A stretch of 64,000 nucleotides of DNA from Bacteroidota bacterium (GCA_013286385.1 JABDFU010000009.1:1053-65052); one strand, 5' to 3'. Positions 9,980 through 19,927 are shown, numbered from the stretch's first letter. Translations and numbers: made by a program. The notes: generated by a model not told the origin, from the letters alone.

Positions 9980-10388
9980 ATGAACAGGCCCATACGTGTT
10001 TTAGTTGCCAAAGTAGGTCTGGACGGCCACGACAGAGGTGCAAAGGTAATTGCTTCTTTCCTGAGAGATGCCGGTATGGAGGTCATTTACACCGGTTTAA
10101 GACAGACTCCCGAAATGGTTGTTAATGCCGCATTGCAGGAGGACGTAGATGCTATAGGCGTAAGTATCCTTTCAGGCGCTCACAATACTGTTTTCCCAAA
10201 ATTGCTACAGTTGATGAAAGAAAAGGACCTGAAAGATGTACTTCTGACCGGAGGAGGAATAATTCCGGATGACGACATGAAAAAAACTCAATGAGATAGG
10301 AGTCGGCAAACTTTTCCCTCCGGGAACCGACACCGGGGAAGTGGTCAATTACATCCGTGAATGGGTAAAGGAAAACAGAAAGCTTTAG
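9980..10388 (+). CDS. Cobalamin (B12)-binding domain protein (methylmalonyl-CoA mutase C-terminal-domain type), interrupted by a frameshift in an A7 run
   Basis: [19 protein letters not shown]...GVSILSGAH...GGGIIPDDD reads in frame until the stop at 10292-10294. The next frame, from 10287, reads [33 protein letters not shown] (stop 10386-10388), which is the expected end of this domain. Confidence 0.8.
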
Positions 10389-10389
10389 C

Positions 10390-10929
10390 ATGTCCGGAGA
10401 ATCTTCCAACCTTGTTTACATTGCCTACAATAAGCCTAAAGGTATTGTTTGCACTACCGAAAAAACCGATCACAACATTATAGATGCAGTCGGTCATCCT
10501 GAAAAAATTTTGCCGGTGGGGCGTTTGGATAAAAATACAGAAGGACTTATTTTGCTTACCAATAATGCATCCATCATTGATAAAATAACCAACCCTAAGT
10601 TCGGACACGAAAAAGAATACATTGTAACGCTCAATTTACCCGTGCGAAACAGGTTTCTGAAAGAAATAGCCGAAGGCATTAGCCTGCAGGGTGAAAAGAC
10701 AAAACCCTGCAGAGTTCGTCCGGAACCCAACACCAGGCGAATATTCCGCATTGTTCTCAAGCAGGGGCTCAACCGGCAAATCAGAAGAATGTGTGCCGCC
10801 TACGACTATCAGGTCATTAAATTACAGCGTATCAGAGTTATGAACATAGAGCTTGGGAAACTGAAAACAGGAGCCTGGAGAGACCTTAGCCAGGATGAAT
10901 TGGCCGTTTTACTTGGTAATTTACTTTAA
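10390..10929 (+). CDS. RluF/RsuA-family pseudouridine synthase, catalytic domain only (no S4 domain)
   Basis: 179 aa. YNKPKGIVCT, PVGRLDKNTEGLILLTN, HEKEY and GLNRQIRRMC are blocks typical of RluF. Confidence 0.85.
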   Translation: MSGESSNLVYIAYNKPKGIVCTTEKTDHNIIDAVGHPEKILPVGRLDKNTEGLILLTNNASIIDKITNPKFGHEKEYIVTLNLPVRNRFLKEIAEGISLQGEKTKPCRVRPEPNTRRIFRIVLKQGLNRQIRRMCAAYDYQVIKLQRIRVMNIELGKLKTGAWRDLSQDELAVLLGNLL

Positions 10930-11003
10930 AAACAAAAGGGCCGGTATTTCATTGCATGTCGAAAATCTGTTTAATTTTATGCTTCTTCAGAGAATACATG
11001 TAA

Positions 11004-11384
11004 ATGCTGAATTTAATTATTAAGGAGACGGATAATTCCCCAAAGGTTGTTTTAGACCCCTCTGCGAATTGTTTTGAATTCAGCGGTTCTTCTCATCCTG
11101 AAAATCCTGCAAAATTTTACAATCCCATACTCGAATGGATCGACGAGTATGCAAAGACGCCGAATGCTTTCACTGAAGTCTCCTTTAAACTGGATTATTT
11201 TAATTCCTCAACTGCCAAATACCTCCTGAATATTTTCTGGGGCTTTGAAAAAATCCAAAAAGAAAATCCTGAGAATAAGGTAACCTTTGTCTGGTATTAC
11301 AAAGAAGAAGACCTTGATTCCTTCGCTTCAGGAGAGCGCTATGCCCAATTAACTACAGCCGAATTCAGACTGTTAACCTTCTAA
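11004..11384 (+). CDS. DUF1987 (SiaC-like) protein
   Basis: 126 aa. The pattern TDNSPKVVLDPSANCFEFSGSSHPENPAKFYNPILEWIDEY resembles the DUF1987/SiaC family. Its stop abuts the rnr start (TAAATG). Confidence 0.5.
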   Translation: MLNLIIKETDNSPKVVLDPSANCFEFSGSSHPENPAKFYNPILEWIDEYAKTPNAFTEVSFKLDYFNSSTAKYLLNIFWGFEKIQKENPENKVTFVWYYKEEDLDSFASGERYAQLTTAEFRLLTF

Positions 11385-13550
11385 ATGTCCCGAAAATCCA
11401 AAAATAAATCAAACAAGGTTTACTTGTTCGAAGATGTACTGACCTTGCTTAAGAAAAATCCAGGCAAGCTCTACAATTATAAGCAGGTAGCAGCTGCCCT
11501 GGGAATTACAGCCCAGGATCAGCGTCAGCAAATTGCAATTCTGCTTGAGGAATTGCTGAAAAAAGAACTGATAGAAGAGCCTGAACGGGGAAAATTCAGA
11601 ACCAAAAGAGGGTCGCGCAGAACAATTACCGGAAAAGTGGATATGACTCTTTCGGGTTCTGCTTATGTAGTAAGCGATGAATTGGAAAACGATGTGTACC
11701 TCGCTCCTAAATTTGCGAAGGGCCTGCTGCAGGGCGATACGGTTAAAATAGCTTTATTTCCCGATCGAAGCAGTGGCAAACACGAAGGAGAACTGGTGGA
11801 GATTGTAAAACGCGCAAGAAGCGAATTTGTGGGAACCATTCAGCTTTCCGAACGCTTTGCTTTTTTGGTTCCCTCGAGTGCAAAAACCGGAGTCGACATA
11901 TACATTCCCCTGGATAAACTGAAGGGTGCAAAAGATGGCCAGAAAGCAATTGCGCGCATCACCGAATGGCCCAAAAACGCCGTAAACCCAATAGGTGAAA
12001 TTATAGACGTGCTTGGCAATGCAGGCGAAAATACTACAGAGATGCATGCCATCCTTGCTGAATTCGGTCTTCCGTATTCTTTTCCCAAGGACGTTGAAAA
12101 AAGATCAGAAACAATTCCGACAGAAATATCAGCAAAAGAAATTGCAGGTCGCAGAGATTTCAGAACCGTTACAACCTTTACCATCGATCCGGTGGATGCA
12201 AAAGATTTTGACGATGCCCTGTCCATCCGGAAATTGAAAAACGAAAATTGGGAAATCGGGATACACATTGCTGATGTGACGCATTATGTAAAGGAAAAAT
12301 CAATCATTGACCAGGAAGCCCTTTCCAGGGCTACCTCGGTTTACCTGGTAGACAGAGTCGTTCCGATGCTCCCTGAAATATTATCCAACAATGTTTGCTC
12401 CCTTCGTCCGAAGGAAGACAAACTTTGCTTCTCCGCCGTATTTGAAATGAACGAGGAGGCCGGCATTGAGTCACAGTGGTTCGGACGAACCATCATACAT
12501 TCTGACCGCCGCTATTCGTACGAAGAAGCACAGGAAATTCTGGAAGGTAAGGCCGGGGACTTTAGCCAGGAATTGCTGACACTGAACAGGCTCGCGAAAA
12601 AATTGCGGGGCGAACGTATGAGCAAAGGAAGCATTGCCTTTGAGAAAAGCGAAGTTAAATTCCATCTGGATGAAGTCGGTAATCCCACAGGAGTTTACTT
12701 TAAGCAAATGAAAGACTCCAATCAGCTTATTGAGGATTTTATGTTGCTGGCGAACAGGAAAGTGGCTGCTTTCATTGGGGATCGGGGAAGTAAGAGCGAA
12801 CAGCGAATAGCGAACAGCGGACAGGGTGGAGGGCCTGAATTGCCTTTTGTGTACAGAATTCACGCCAAGCCCAACGAAGATAAGCTGGCAGACCTCGGAG
12901 GATTTATTGAAAAATTCGGATATAAAATAAACCTGAAAGGAGACAAGGCCACCGTTGATTCACTGAACAAATTGCTCAAGGATGTCGAAGGCAAAAGCGA
13001 AGCAAATGTCATTTCTTTATTAACCATCCGCACGATGGCAAAGGCGGTGTATTCCACAAAAAACATCGGCCATTACGGTCTGGGGTTTCAGTACTACACC
13101 CACTTTACTTCCCCTATTCGCCGCTATCCCGACATGATGGTGCATCGTTTGCTTCAGCATTATCTGGATAACGGCAAAGCTGTCGATGCAGATGAGCTTG
13201 AGCTGGCCTGCAAACACTCTTCGGATATGGAAAAGCTGGCTGCCGATGCAGAGCGCTCCTCCATAAAATACAAACAGGTTCAGTTTTTACAGGACCGGGT
13301 AGGCGAACAGTTCGAGGGAATGATTTCGGGTGTCACCGAATGGGGAATCTTCGTTGAATTAACTGAGAATCACTGCGAAGGCATGGTTCGTATCCGCGAT
13401 ATTAAAGACGACAACTACTATTTTGACGAAGACAATTACTGCCTGGTCGGCCGAAGGTCCAAACGAACACTGAGATTAGGTGACCCTCTTCGCATTGAAA
13501 TTAAAGGAGCCAACCTTATAAAAAAAGCAACTGGACTTTGCGCTGGTTGA
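11385..13550 (+). CDS. rnr: Ribonuclease R; the C-terminal end appears disrupted and the true end is probably near 13665
   Basis: 721 aa with cold-shock/OB, RNB (FTIDPVDAKDFDDALS, HYGLGFQYYTHFTSPIRRYPD) and S1 regions. See the finding on the 3' end. Confidence 0.93.
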   Translation: MSRKSKNKSNKVYLFEDVLTLLKKNPGKLYNYKQVAAALGITAQDQRQQIAILLEELLKKELIEEPERGKFRTKRGSRRTITGKVDMTLSGSAYVVSDELENDVYLAPKFAKGLLQGDTVKIALFPDRSSGKHEGELVEIVKRARSEFVGTIQLSERFAFLVPSSAKTGVDIYIPLDKLKGAKDGQKAIARITEWPKNAVNPIGEIIDVLGNAGENTTEMHAILAEFGLPYSFPKDVEKRSETIPTEISAKEIAGRRDFRTVTTFTIDPVDAKDFDDALSIRKLKNENWEIGIHIADVTHYVKEKSIIDQEALSRATSVYLVDRVVPMLPEILSNNVCSLRPKEDKLCFSAVFEMNEEAGIESQWFGRTIIHSDRRYSYEEAQEILEGKAGDFSQELLTLNRLAKKLRGERMSKGSIAFEKSEVKFHLDEVGNPTGVYFKQMKDSNQLIEDFMLLANRKVAAFIGDRGSKSEQRIANSGQGGGPELPFVYRIHAKPNEDKLADLGGFIEKFGYKINLKGDKATVDSLNKLLKDVEGKSEANVISLLTIRTMAKAVYSTKNIGHYGLGFQYYTHFTSPIRRYPDMMVHRLLQHYLDNGKAVDADELELACKHSSDMEKLAADAERSSIKYKQVQFLQDRVGEQFEGMISGVTEWGIFVELTENHCEGMVRIRDIKDDNYYFDEDNYCLVGRRSKRTLRLGDPLRIEIKGANLIKKATGLCAG

Positions 13551-13674
13551 GAAACTCGAAAAAAACACCGGCTGAAAACAAGACCGATTTTCCAAAGCAT
13601 TCGTCCCAAAAACCAAATCCCGGAAAAAACAAAGGAGTCAAATCCCCCGACAAAAAGGACGGTAAAGGCCCCAA

Positions 13675-13700
13675 CTTCAAAGATGAATGGGGCTTTGAAG
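13675..13700. terminator. Hairpin (CTTCAAAG-N10-CTTTGAAG) between convergent rnr and the response regulator gene
   Basis: An 8-bp perfect stem read from the sequence, followed by TTTAA on the + strand. It lies 9 nt after the TAA that closes the basic-tail reading frame of rnr. Confidence 0.4.
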
Positions 13701-13723
13701 TTTAACCTCTGCTTGGGTCAATT

Positions 13724-14479
13724 TTACAGCATATTGAGCCTGCTGACCAGTTCGTCCTTATAAGATCCCCCTATTGGAATTTCTTTTTTGTCGTCTTCCA
13801 TCAGTAAAACATTGTGGTCAATGGCAACAATTTTATCAATGAGCACGATGAAGGACCGGTGAACGCGTATAAAATCTTTCTTAGACAATTTTTCATCAAT
13901 GTTCTTCATAGTGGAAAGAACCGTATAGCGCGCATTGGCCGTATTGATGATCACATAGTCTTTTAAGGCCTCGACGAAATAAATATCCTTGGTGCGAATC
14001 TTCACCATTTTAGAATTCGACTTAACGAACACAACAGAATTATCGCTCTCTCTGCCTTCGACAAGCGAATAAAGCATGTCCCGTTCCTTCTTTACGTCTT
14101 TTTCCTTGCCGTGTTTATAAATAGCCATTTCAATAGCCGTGTGCAAATCTATTTCCTTGAAAGGCTTGATAATATAGCCATGAGGTTCGGTAATCTTTGC
14201 TTTGTTCAGCGTACTTTCATCAGCGTAGGCAGTGAGAAAAATTACAGGAATCTCATACTTTTCCTTGATTTGCCTCGCCGTTTCAATACCATCAATGGAT
14301 CCTTTCAGCATAATATCCATCAACACAACATCGGGTTGATTTTCTTCAATAAGTTTAAGAGCCTGTTCTCCGCTCGGGCTTGATCCGAATACCGAATACC
14401 CTAATTTTTTCAAGCTGTTTTGTATGTCTTTAGCAACGATGCTTTCGTCCTCAACGACTAATACGCTTGGTTTTGACAT
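13724..14479 (-). CDS. LytTR-family two-component response regulator
   Basis: 251 aa. N-terminal receiver domain (VLVVEDESIVAKD...DVVLMDIML) and a C-terminal LytTR DNA-binding domain (IYFVEALKDYVIINT...FIRVHRSFIV). Confidence 0.9.
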   Translation of the reverse strand: MSKPSVLVVEDESIVAKDIQNSLKKLGYSVFGSSPSGEQALKLIEENQPDVVLMDIMLKGSIDGIETARQIKEKYEIPVIFLTAYADESTLNKAKITEPHGYIIKPFKEIDLHTAIEMAIYKHGKEKDVKKERDMLYSLVEGRESDNSVVFVKSNSKMVKIRTKDIYFVEALKDYVIINTANARYTVLSTMKNIDEKLSKKDFIRVHRSFIVLIDKIVAIDHNVLLMEDDKKEIPIGGSYKDELVSRLNML

Positions 14480-17070
14480 GTTCTTTTTGTTTTAAATTGT
14501 TTTTATTGAATGTGATCGTAAAGCTAGCTCCTTTTTCGTACTTGTAAGCAATCTTTCCTTTGATTTGACTTACCAAAACTACAACCAGTTGAAGGCCCAG
14601 GCTTTGGGTATTCCGGTAATCCAATCCATGGGGGAAGTCCGACACCATTATCGGCAATTACCATTTTTACATTTTCTTTTCTGTCCGCTTTGATCGAAAT
14701 ACTCAACTCTCCCCTTTTACTTTTCCCGAACGCATACTTCAGAGCATTGGACAGTATTTCATTGATGATCAATCCGCATGGAATTGCGAGATCTAAGTTA
14801 AGAAAAACAGCATCTATTTCCTGTTTGAGATTTATTTTTTTTCCCTTGGGTACATAGGATAGAAGAAGATTGTTTGCAATGTTGTTCACGTACTCCGGAA
14901 AATTAACACTTGTAAAATCCTTGGTTTGATACAGACTTTCGTGTATAAAAGACATCGACTTAATTCGGTTTTGACTTTCTTTAAGCAAATCGATCGTCTT
15001 TTTATCTGAAACGTAAGACGATTGAAGGTTAAGTATACTGGATATCACCTGAAGATTGTTTTTAACCCGGTGGTGAACTTCCTGAAGAAGAACTTCTTTT
15101 TCCTTCAGGGATTGCTTTATCCGGTCTTCCGCCAGTTTCTTTTCGGTGATGTCATGTGCAATGCCCGAAACCTCCTGAACGTCACCCTGGAGATCGAAAA
15201 TAGGATTCAGGAAAATTTCCAGCCAGATGCTTTCTTTTTTCCTGTCTTTAATATTTGTTTCGAAATGCTGGGACTTTCCGACAAAAGCGATCTTAAATTT
15301 ATCATTTAAAAAAGAAAAGTATTCCCTGTTGTATACAAATTTTCCCTTGTTAAGCGAATCCATCTTCGAAGGCCGGATACCATATACCGATTTTATGTGT
15401 CGGGCAAAATTTTCATTAAAAGAGGTTAGTTCAATTTTTTTATTAACCGTCCATACGATGTGAGAGCTGCTCTCAATTATTGAATTTACCCTGGCCGACT
15501 GTTCTTTATATTCCTCCTTGCTCAGCTGAAGTTTGTCTTCTATTTTTTTCCGGTGCTCAATCTCCTTTTTCAGGGCCTTATTGGTTTCTTCTGAAATCCG
15601 ATACCGGTTCTTTTCCCGGTTCAGTTGCTCCTGAAAATCAATATCGTGGTACACCACAAGCACGCATTCTTTTCCCTGATAATCAATCTGCACCGGTTTG
15701 TATTCCACTTCCACCGATGTACCATCGGTACGAATGGCGTTTATTTTAACAAATGGCAAATCGTAACCCGCTCTCAATAAAAACGCACTTTCCCTTATTT
15801 GTTTGTGGTGATTGGGAAGCGTGAAACTAAAAATGGTTTTGTCCTTTATTTCTTCCTCCGAATGAAGACCAACAATGCGGTGCGCGCTTGGATTGGCGAA
15901 AAGAATCTTTCCCTTTTTGTCCAGAATAAATACACCGTCGGGAGATTGCCTGATCAGGTTTTCATAATCCTCCTTTACCTGCTTTAATTTGTGCTCGTAT
16001 TCCTTTCGCAGTGAAATATCCCGTATGGAAACAACACGGGTTATTTTTCCGTTGTAGTTCAGCTGTTTTGCATTGATCTCTGCGAAAAAAAATGAGCCGT
16101 CTTTTCTTTTTCCGACAGCTTCGTAAGGCGTCTCAACCCCGAGACGAACTTGTTGCTGCAAAAATTCTTTTTCTTCCTCGATTCCGAGATCAAACGCCTC
16201 CATGGTAAGCAATTCTTCCGCTAAATAGCCGAACATATTAACACAGGTCTGGTTGAAATCCACAATTTTTCCAGCCTCATGAATTAAAACCGTTTCAAAG
16301 GAAGCCTCGGACAATCTTCTGAATCGTTCTTCATTCAACCGGGCCAGTTGTTCGGCCTTTCTCCGTTTGGAAATATCCTTGAATGTGATAACTCTGGCAG
16401 AATGTCCTTTGTAGTTAATTGTTTGTGCCTTGACTTCACATTCAATGGTTGTACCGCTTTTGGTAACAACCCTTACTTCATACGTATTTTCAGGTTTGAA
16501 TTCTGTTGCTTCAATAATGTTTTTATAGTCTTCCTGATAAATTAATTCAGCCGCCACTTTCCCTATAAGTTCCTGTTCCTCATACCCCAAAATTTTCATG
16601 GCTGCACCGTTAACCTCTTTGATCAGGTGTTTTTCAAGAACAACGATGCCCTCCGTTGAGGCAATGGAAAATTTCTGATACCGCTCTTCGAGTTCCTTTT
16701 TGGCTGTGATATTGTTTATGAGCACAATAACACTGTTTACCATGTTGTCCTTCACCGATGGAAACAAAATACTTTTGTACCAGTATATTCTTGAATCCGG
16801 GCCATGGCCCATTAACTCAATAGTTTCAGATTTTCCGGTTTCAAAAATCCGCTTTACAGTATTGATATAGGTTTCCTTCGAAACTTCAGAAATAAAATCG
16901 AAAGCGCATTTTCCAATAAGTGCGGAAGCCCGGATCAATCCCTGGTGAATATAATTGGTATCCAGAATTATTCCGTTTTTATCAATAACGAGAATTTGAT
17001 TTTCTGAACGCAAATAAAATGAGTTCCATAAATCAGCCGGAGCGGGCAAAAAGACGTTGTCGGAAAGCAT
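14451..17070 (-). CDS. Cytoplasmic multi-PAS sensor histidine kinase (HisKA_2-type H-box), interrupted by a frameshift in a G5/C5 run near its 3' end
   Basis: About five PAS/PAC-like segments, H-box EVHHRVKNNLQVISSILNLQ, and an ATPase domain ending ADNGVGLP. The conserved end (HGLDYRNTQSLGLQLVVVLVSQIKGKIAYKYEKGASFTITF) is in the neighbouring frame (track ORF 14451-14657). Confidence 0.85.
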
Positions 17071-17073
17071 GAA

Positions 17074-18624
17074 TTATTTTTTTTCGGTATCCTCCTGGGT
17101 AGGCTTTACTTTCACTCCGTCAAATTTGAGTTCCACATCGTCTTTGTATAAGATGGTGAGTTGCTTTATTCCGTCTTCATTATAATATTCCCAGTTGCCG
17201 TCTTTTCGGCCGACAATGAATTTTCCCTCTTCCTTAATTTTGCCGTTGGGATAATAGTATACGTGTTTGCCATCCGGGTTTCCGTCTACAAAATTCCCTT
17301 CAAAACGCAATTTACCGCCCGGCGTATAATAATGTTTCCAGGCTCCGTCTCTCCGATCGGCTTTATACGTACCCGTTTCGCGGTAATCTCCCATTTCGTA
17401 TTCCCATTCTCCCTCTTTTTGTCCGTCCGTATATTGACCTTTGGTAACCACCTTTCCATTCTCGTCATACTCGGTAGTCGGCCCATCCAGTAAATTATTG
17501 AGATAGCTTTCTTCCCGAAGAAGCGTACCGTTATCGTAATACCATTTCCATTCATTCTGCGCCTGTCCTTTTTTGTCGTAGTTGCCCTTTTGTTCCAGTT
17601 TTCCGTTGGGATAATAAAAAGACCACTCCCCTATTCGTTTTCCGTCCTTGTATTCGCCCTGAGCCTTTACCTGCCCATTGGGATGGTATTCTTTCCAGGG
17701 GCCCTGTTCTTTGTCTGCCTCGTCAAAAATTCCTTCGGCAACCAAAACTCCTTCTTTGAATAATTTAGAATCGGTTATTTTCCCTTCAAGCGAAAATTCC
17801 CTGAAAGTTCCCTCCGGAACTCCGTTTTTATAGGTTCCGCTTGATTTAATTATCCCGCCTTCGTAATACTCTGTGCGCGTATCCAGCTTTGCCAGTTCCG
17901 GGGCATTTTCAATGACTTTTCCAGCTACGTATTTTGTAGTGTTGAGCAGGTTTCCGTTTGGTGCGTATTCTTTCAGGTATCCGTTTCGAAGATCGTCTGA
18001 GAAGGTACATTCATTTTTTAAAGTGCCCGTTGGATAAAACTCTTTCCACACTCCTTGTTTTAAACCCTGCTGGTCTCTCCTGTTTATTTTTTCCTGCCTT
18101 TTTATGAACCCGGCGCGGTATTCGACGATGCTTATAATTACACCGGTTGTGTCGTACTCGTATCCCAATCCTTCTTCCCGTCCGTCTTTAAAGGGAATCA
18201 GCTGCTTTTGCTTCCCGTTTTTGTAAAACAGAAGTGTCGAACCCTGCTTCACGTCGTCAGCATAATTCTCCTGCGAAAGCATAAATTTTTCCTTTGCATC
18301 AAACGTTGTCCGATGTCCGTTTTTTTTGCCGTTGCCATATTGATATTCCAGTACAAGGATACCCTGGTCATTGTAAAATTTCCAGGTGCTGTCCAGAACA
18401 AAATTTTTCCGGTTTCCTTCTGATTTTAATTTTCCGTTTTCATAATAGGTTTTCCAATAGCCATCCGGTTTACCATCCCTGATAATACCTTCGCTGGAAA
18501 CGTTTTTTGTTTCGTAGTAAAACCGGGTATAACCCGTTGTGTCTTTGCCGGTCTGAGTTTGCGCCTTTAAGGTACAGGACCAGGCAAGGTTTGATAAAAA
18601 AATGAATAGTATTATTTTACGCAT
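17074..18624 (-). CDS. Secreted MORN-variant-repeat protein (YwqK-family-like)
   Basis: 516 aa with a signal peptide and about 20 tandem units of the G-x-x-x-G-x-W-K-x-Y-Y-x-N-G-K-L-K-x-E-G type. Confidence 0.75.
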   Translation of the reverse strand: MRKIILFIFLSNLAWSCTLKAQTQTGKDTTGYTRFYYETKNVSSEGIIRDGKPDGYWKTYYENGKLKSEGNRKNFVLDSTWKFYNDQGILVLEYQYGNGKKNGHRTTFDAKEKFMLSQENYADDVKQGSTLLFYKNGKQKQLIPFKDGREEGLGYEYDTTGVIISIVEYRAGFIKRQEKINRRDQQGLKQGVWKEFYPTGTLKNECTFSDDLRNGYLKEYAPNGNLLNTTKYVAGKVIENAPELAKLDTRTEYYEGGIIKSSGTYKNGVPEGTFREFSLEGKITDSKLFKEGVLVAEGIFDEADKEQGPWKEYHPNGQVKAQGEYKDGKRIGEWSFYYPNGKLEQKGNYDKKGQAQNEWKWYYDNGTLLREESYLNNLLDGPTTEYDENGKVVTKGQYTDGQKEGEWEYEMGDYRETGTYKADRRDGAWKHYYTPGGKLRFEGNFVDGNPDGKHVYYYPNGKIKEEGKFIVGRKDGNWEYYNEDGIKQLTILYKDDVELKFDGVKVKPTQEDTEKK

Positions 18625-18627
18625 TCG

Positions 18628-19602
18628 TCAACTCAATTCTAACATTCGTACTATGGATGTTCTTGCTTTTTTGATCAGCTCTTCAGACAGAAGGATTTCA
18701 GGTTGCTCGTATTTCAGACAGGTGTATACCTTTTCCAGAGTGTTTAATTTCATATGCGGGCAATCGTTGCATGCACAATTCGAAGAAGGTGGGGCTGGTA
18801 TAAATGTCTTCGACGGATTTTTTTTCTGCATCTGGTGCAAAATACCGGATTCGGTTGCTACAATAAATACCGTGGAACTATTTTCTTCCGTATACTTTAA
18901 TAAGGCCGTCGTACTTCCTATATAATCTGCCAGTTCCAGCAAACTACTCTCGCATTCAGGATGTGCAATTAATTTTGCATCCGGATTTTTATCCCTGATC
19001 TGTAGTATCTTTTCTTTTGAAAATAATTCGTGAACCATACACGAACCGTCCCATAAAAGCATTTCGCGGCCAGTTCGTTTTGATATCCAGCTTCCCAGGT
19101 GCTTATCGGGAGCAAAAATTATTTTTTTATTCCGGGGTATACTGTTCACTATTTTTTCAGCATTACTCGACGTTACAACAATGTCTGTCATCGCTTTCAC
19201 TTCTGCTGAACAGTTGATGTAGGAAACAACAACATGATCGGGATGGTCCTGAATAAAAGCTGAAAATTTTTCTTTCGAACAGGAATCGGCAAGGGAACAA
19301 CCCGCCCGCAGATCGGGAAGTAAAACTTTTTTTTCCGGCGAAAGAATTTTTGCTGTTTCAGCCATAAAATGCACACCTGCAAAAACAATGATGGAAGCCC
19401 CTGTTTTAGAAGCTTCCTGCGATAACCCAAGACTATCTCCGATAAAATCAGCGCAATCCTGAATATCCGGATCCTGGTAATAATGCGCAAGTACAATTGC
19501 ATTTTTTTCTTTTTTGAGTTTGCTAATCTCCGCAAATAAATCCAAACAGGGGTCTGGAGCGATATCCAAAAATCCTTTTTCTTTTAACAGTTGTCCCTGC
19601 AT
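18628..19602 (-). CDS. nadA: Quinolinate synthase
   Basis: 324 aa with a NadA-like sequence (VLAHYYQDPDIQD..., GVHFMAETAKIL, CACNDCPHMK). Confidence 0.93.
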   Translation of the reverse strand: MQGQLLKEKGFLDIAPDPCLDLFAEISKLKKEKNAIVLAHYYQDPDIQDCADFIGDSLGLSQEASKTGASIIVFAGVHFMAETAKILSPEKKVLLPDLRAGCSLADSCSKEKFSAFIQDHPDHVVVSYINCSAEVKAMTDIVVTSSNAEKIVNSIPRNKKIIFAPDKHLGSWISKRTGREMLLWDGSCMVHELFSKEKILQIRDKNPDAKLIAHPECESSLLELADYIGSTTALLKYTEENSSTVFIVATESGILHQMQKKNPSKTFIPAPPSSNCACNDCPHMKLNTLEKVYTCLKYEQPEILLSEELIKKARTSIVRMLELS

Positions 19603-19927
19603 TATTTATTTATTTTTAAAATAAGAAAAAGTATAATGATGATGTAGTAGTGTTAATACGGTTGATAAAAAATGGAACAAAATAGTTTTTTGATAGTTAT
19701 TAGCGTTTGTCTTCTTTTATTAACTTTTTATTTAGGTGTATCTGATTGATTAGTAAAGTATTAACATTTATGATAAAAAGTGTAAAAGAGTTAACAGCAG
19801 TTAGAAGTTATTAGAATCAGGTAAAAATGGTCTTACAACATGTTCATCATTGAATGTAAAATCAGCTGGTCAAATTTCAATTTATCCGTTAGAGTCATTG
19901 CTTGCTATAAATCAGTAATAAACAAAA

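Noticed and set aside
9898-10086. N-terminal extension of acpP to 141 aa, as listed in the track
   Set aside because: The extension overlaps the convergently placed B12-domain gene and has no ACP homology. The canonical ACP starts at MADIST (9897).
19603-19800. Possible NAD+ (nadA-motif) riboswitch in the nadA leader
   Set aside because: I could not find the tandem bulged-stem arrangement. The region is nearly all A/T and unlikely to fold stably, and the nadA motif is known mainly from Acidobacteria. The region is left only as a generic long-spacer observation.
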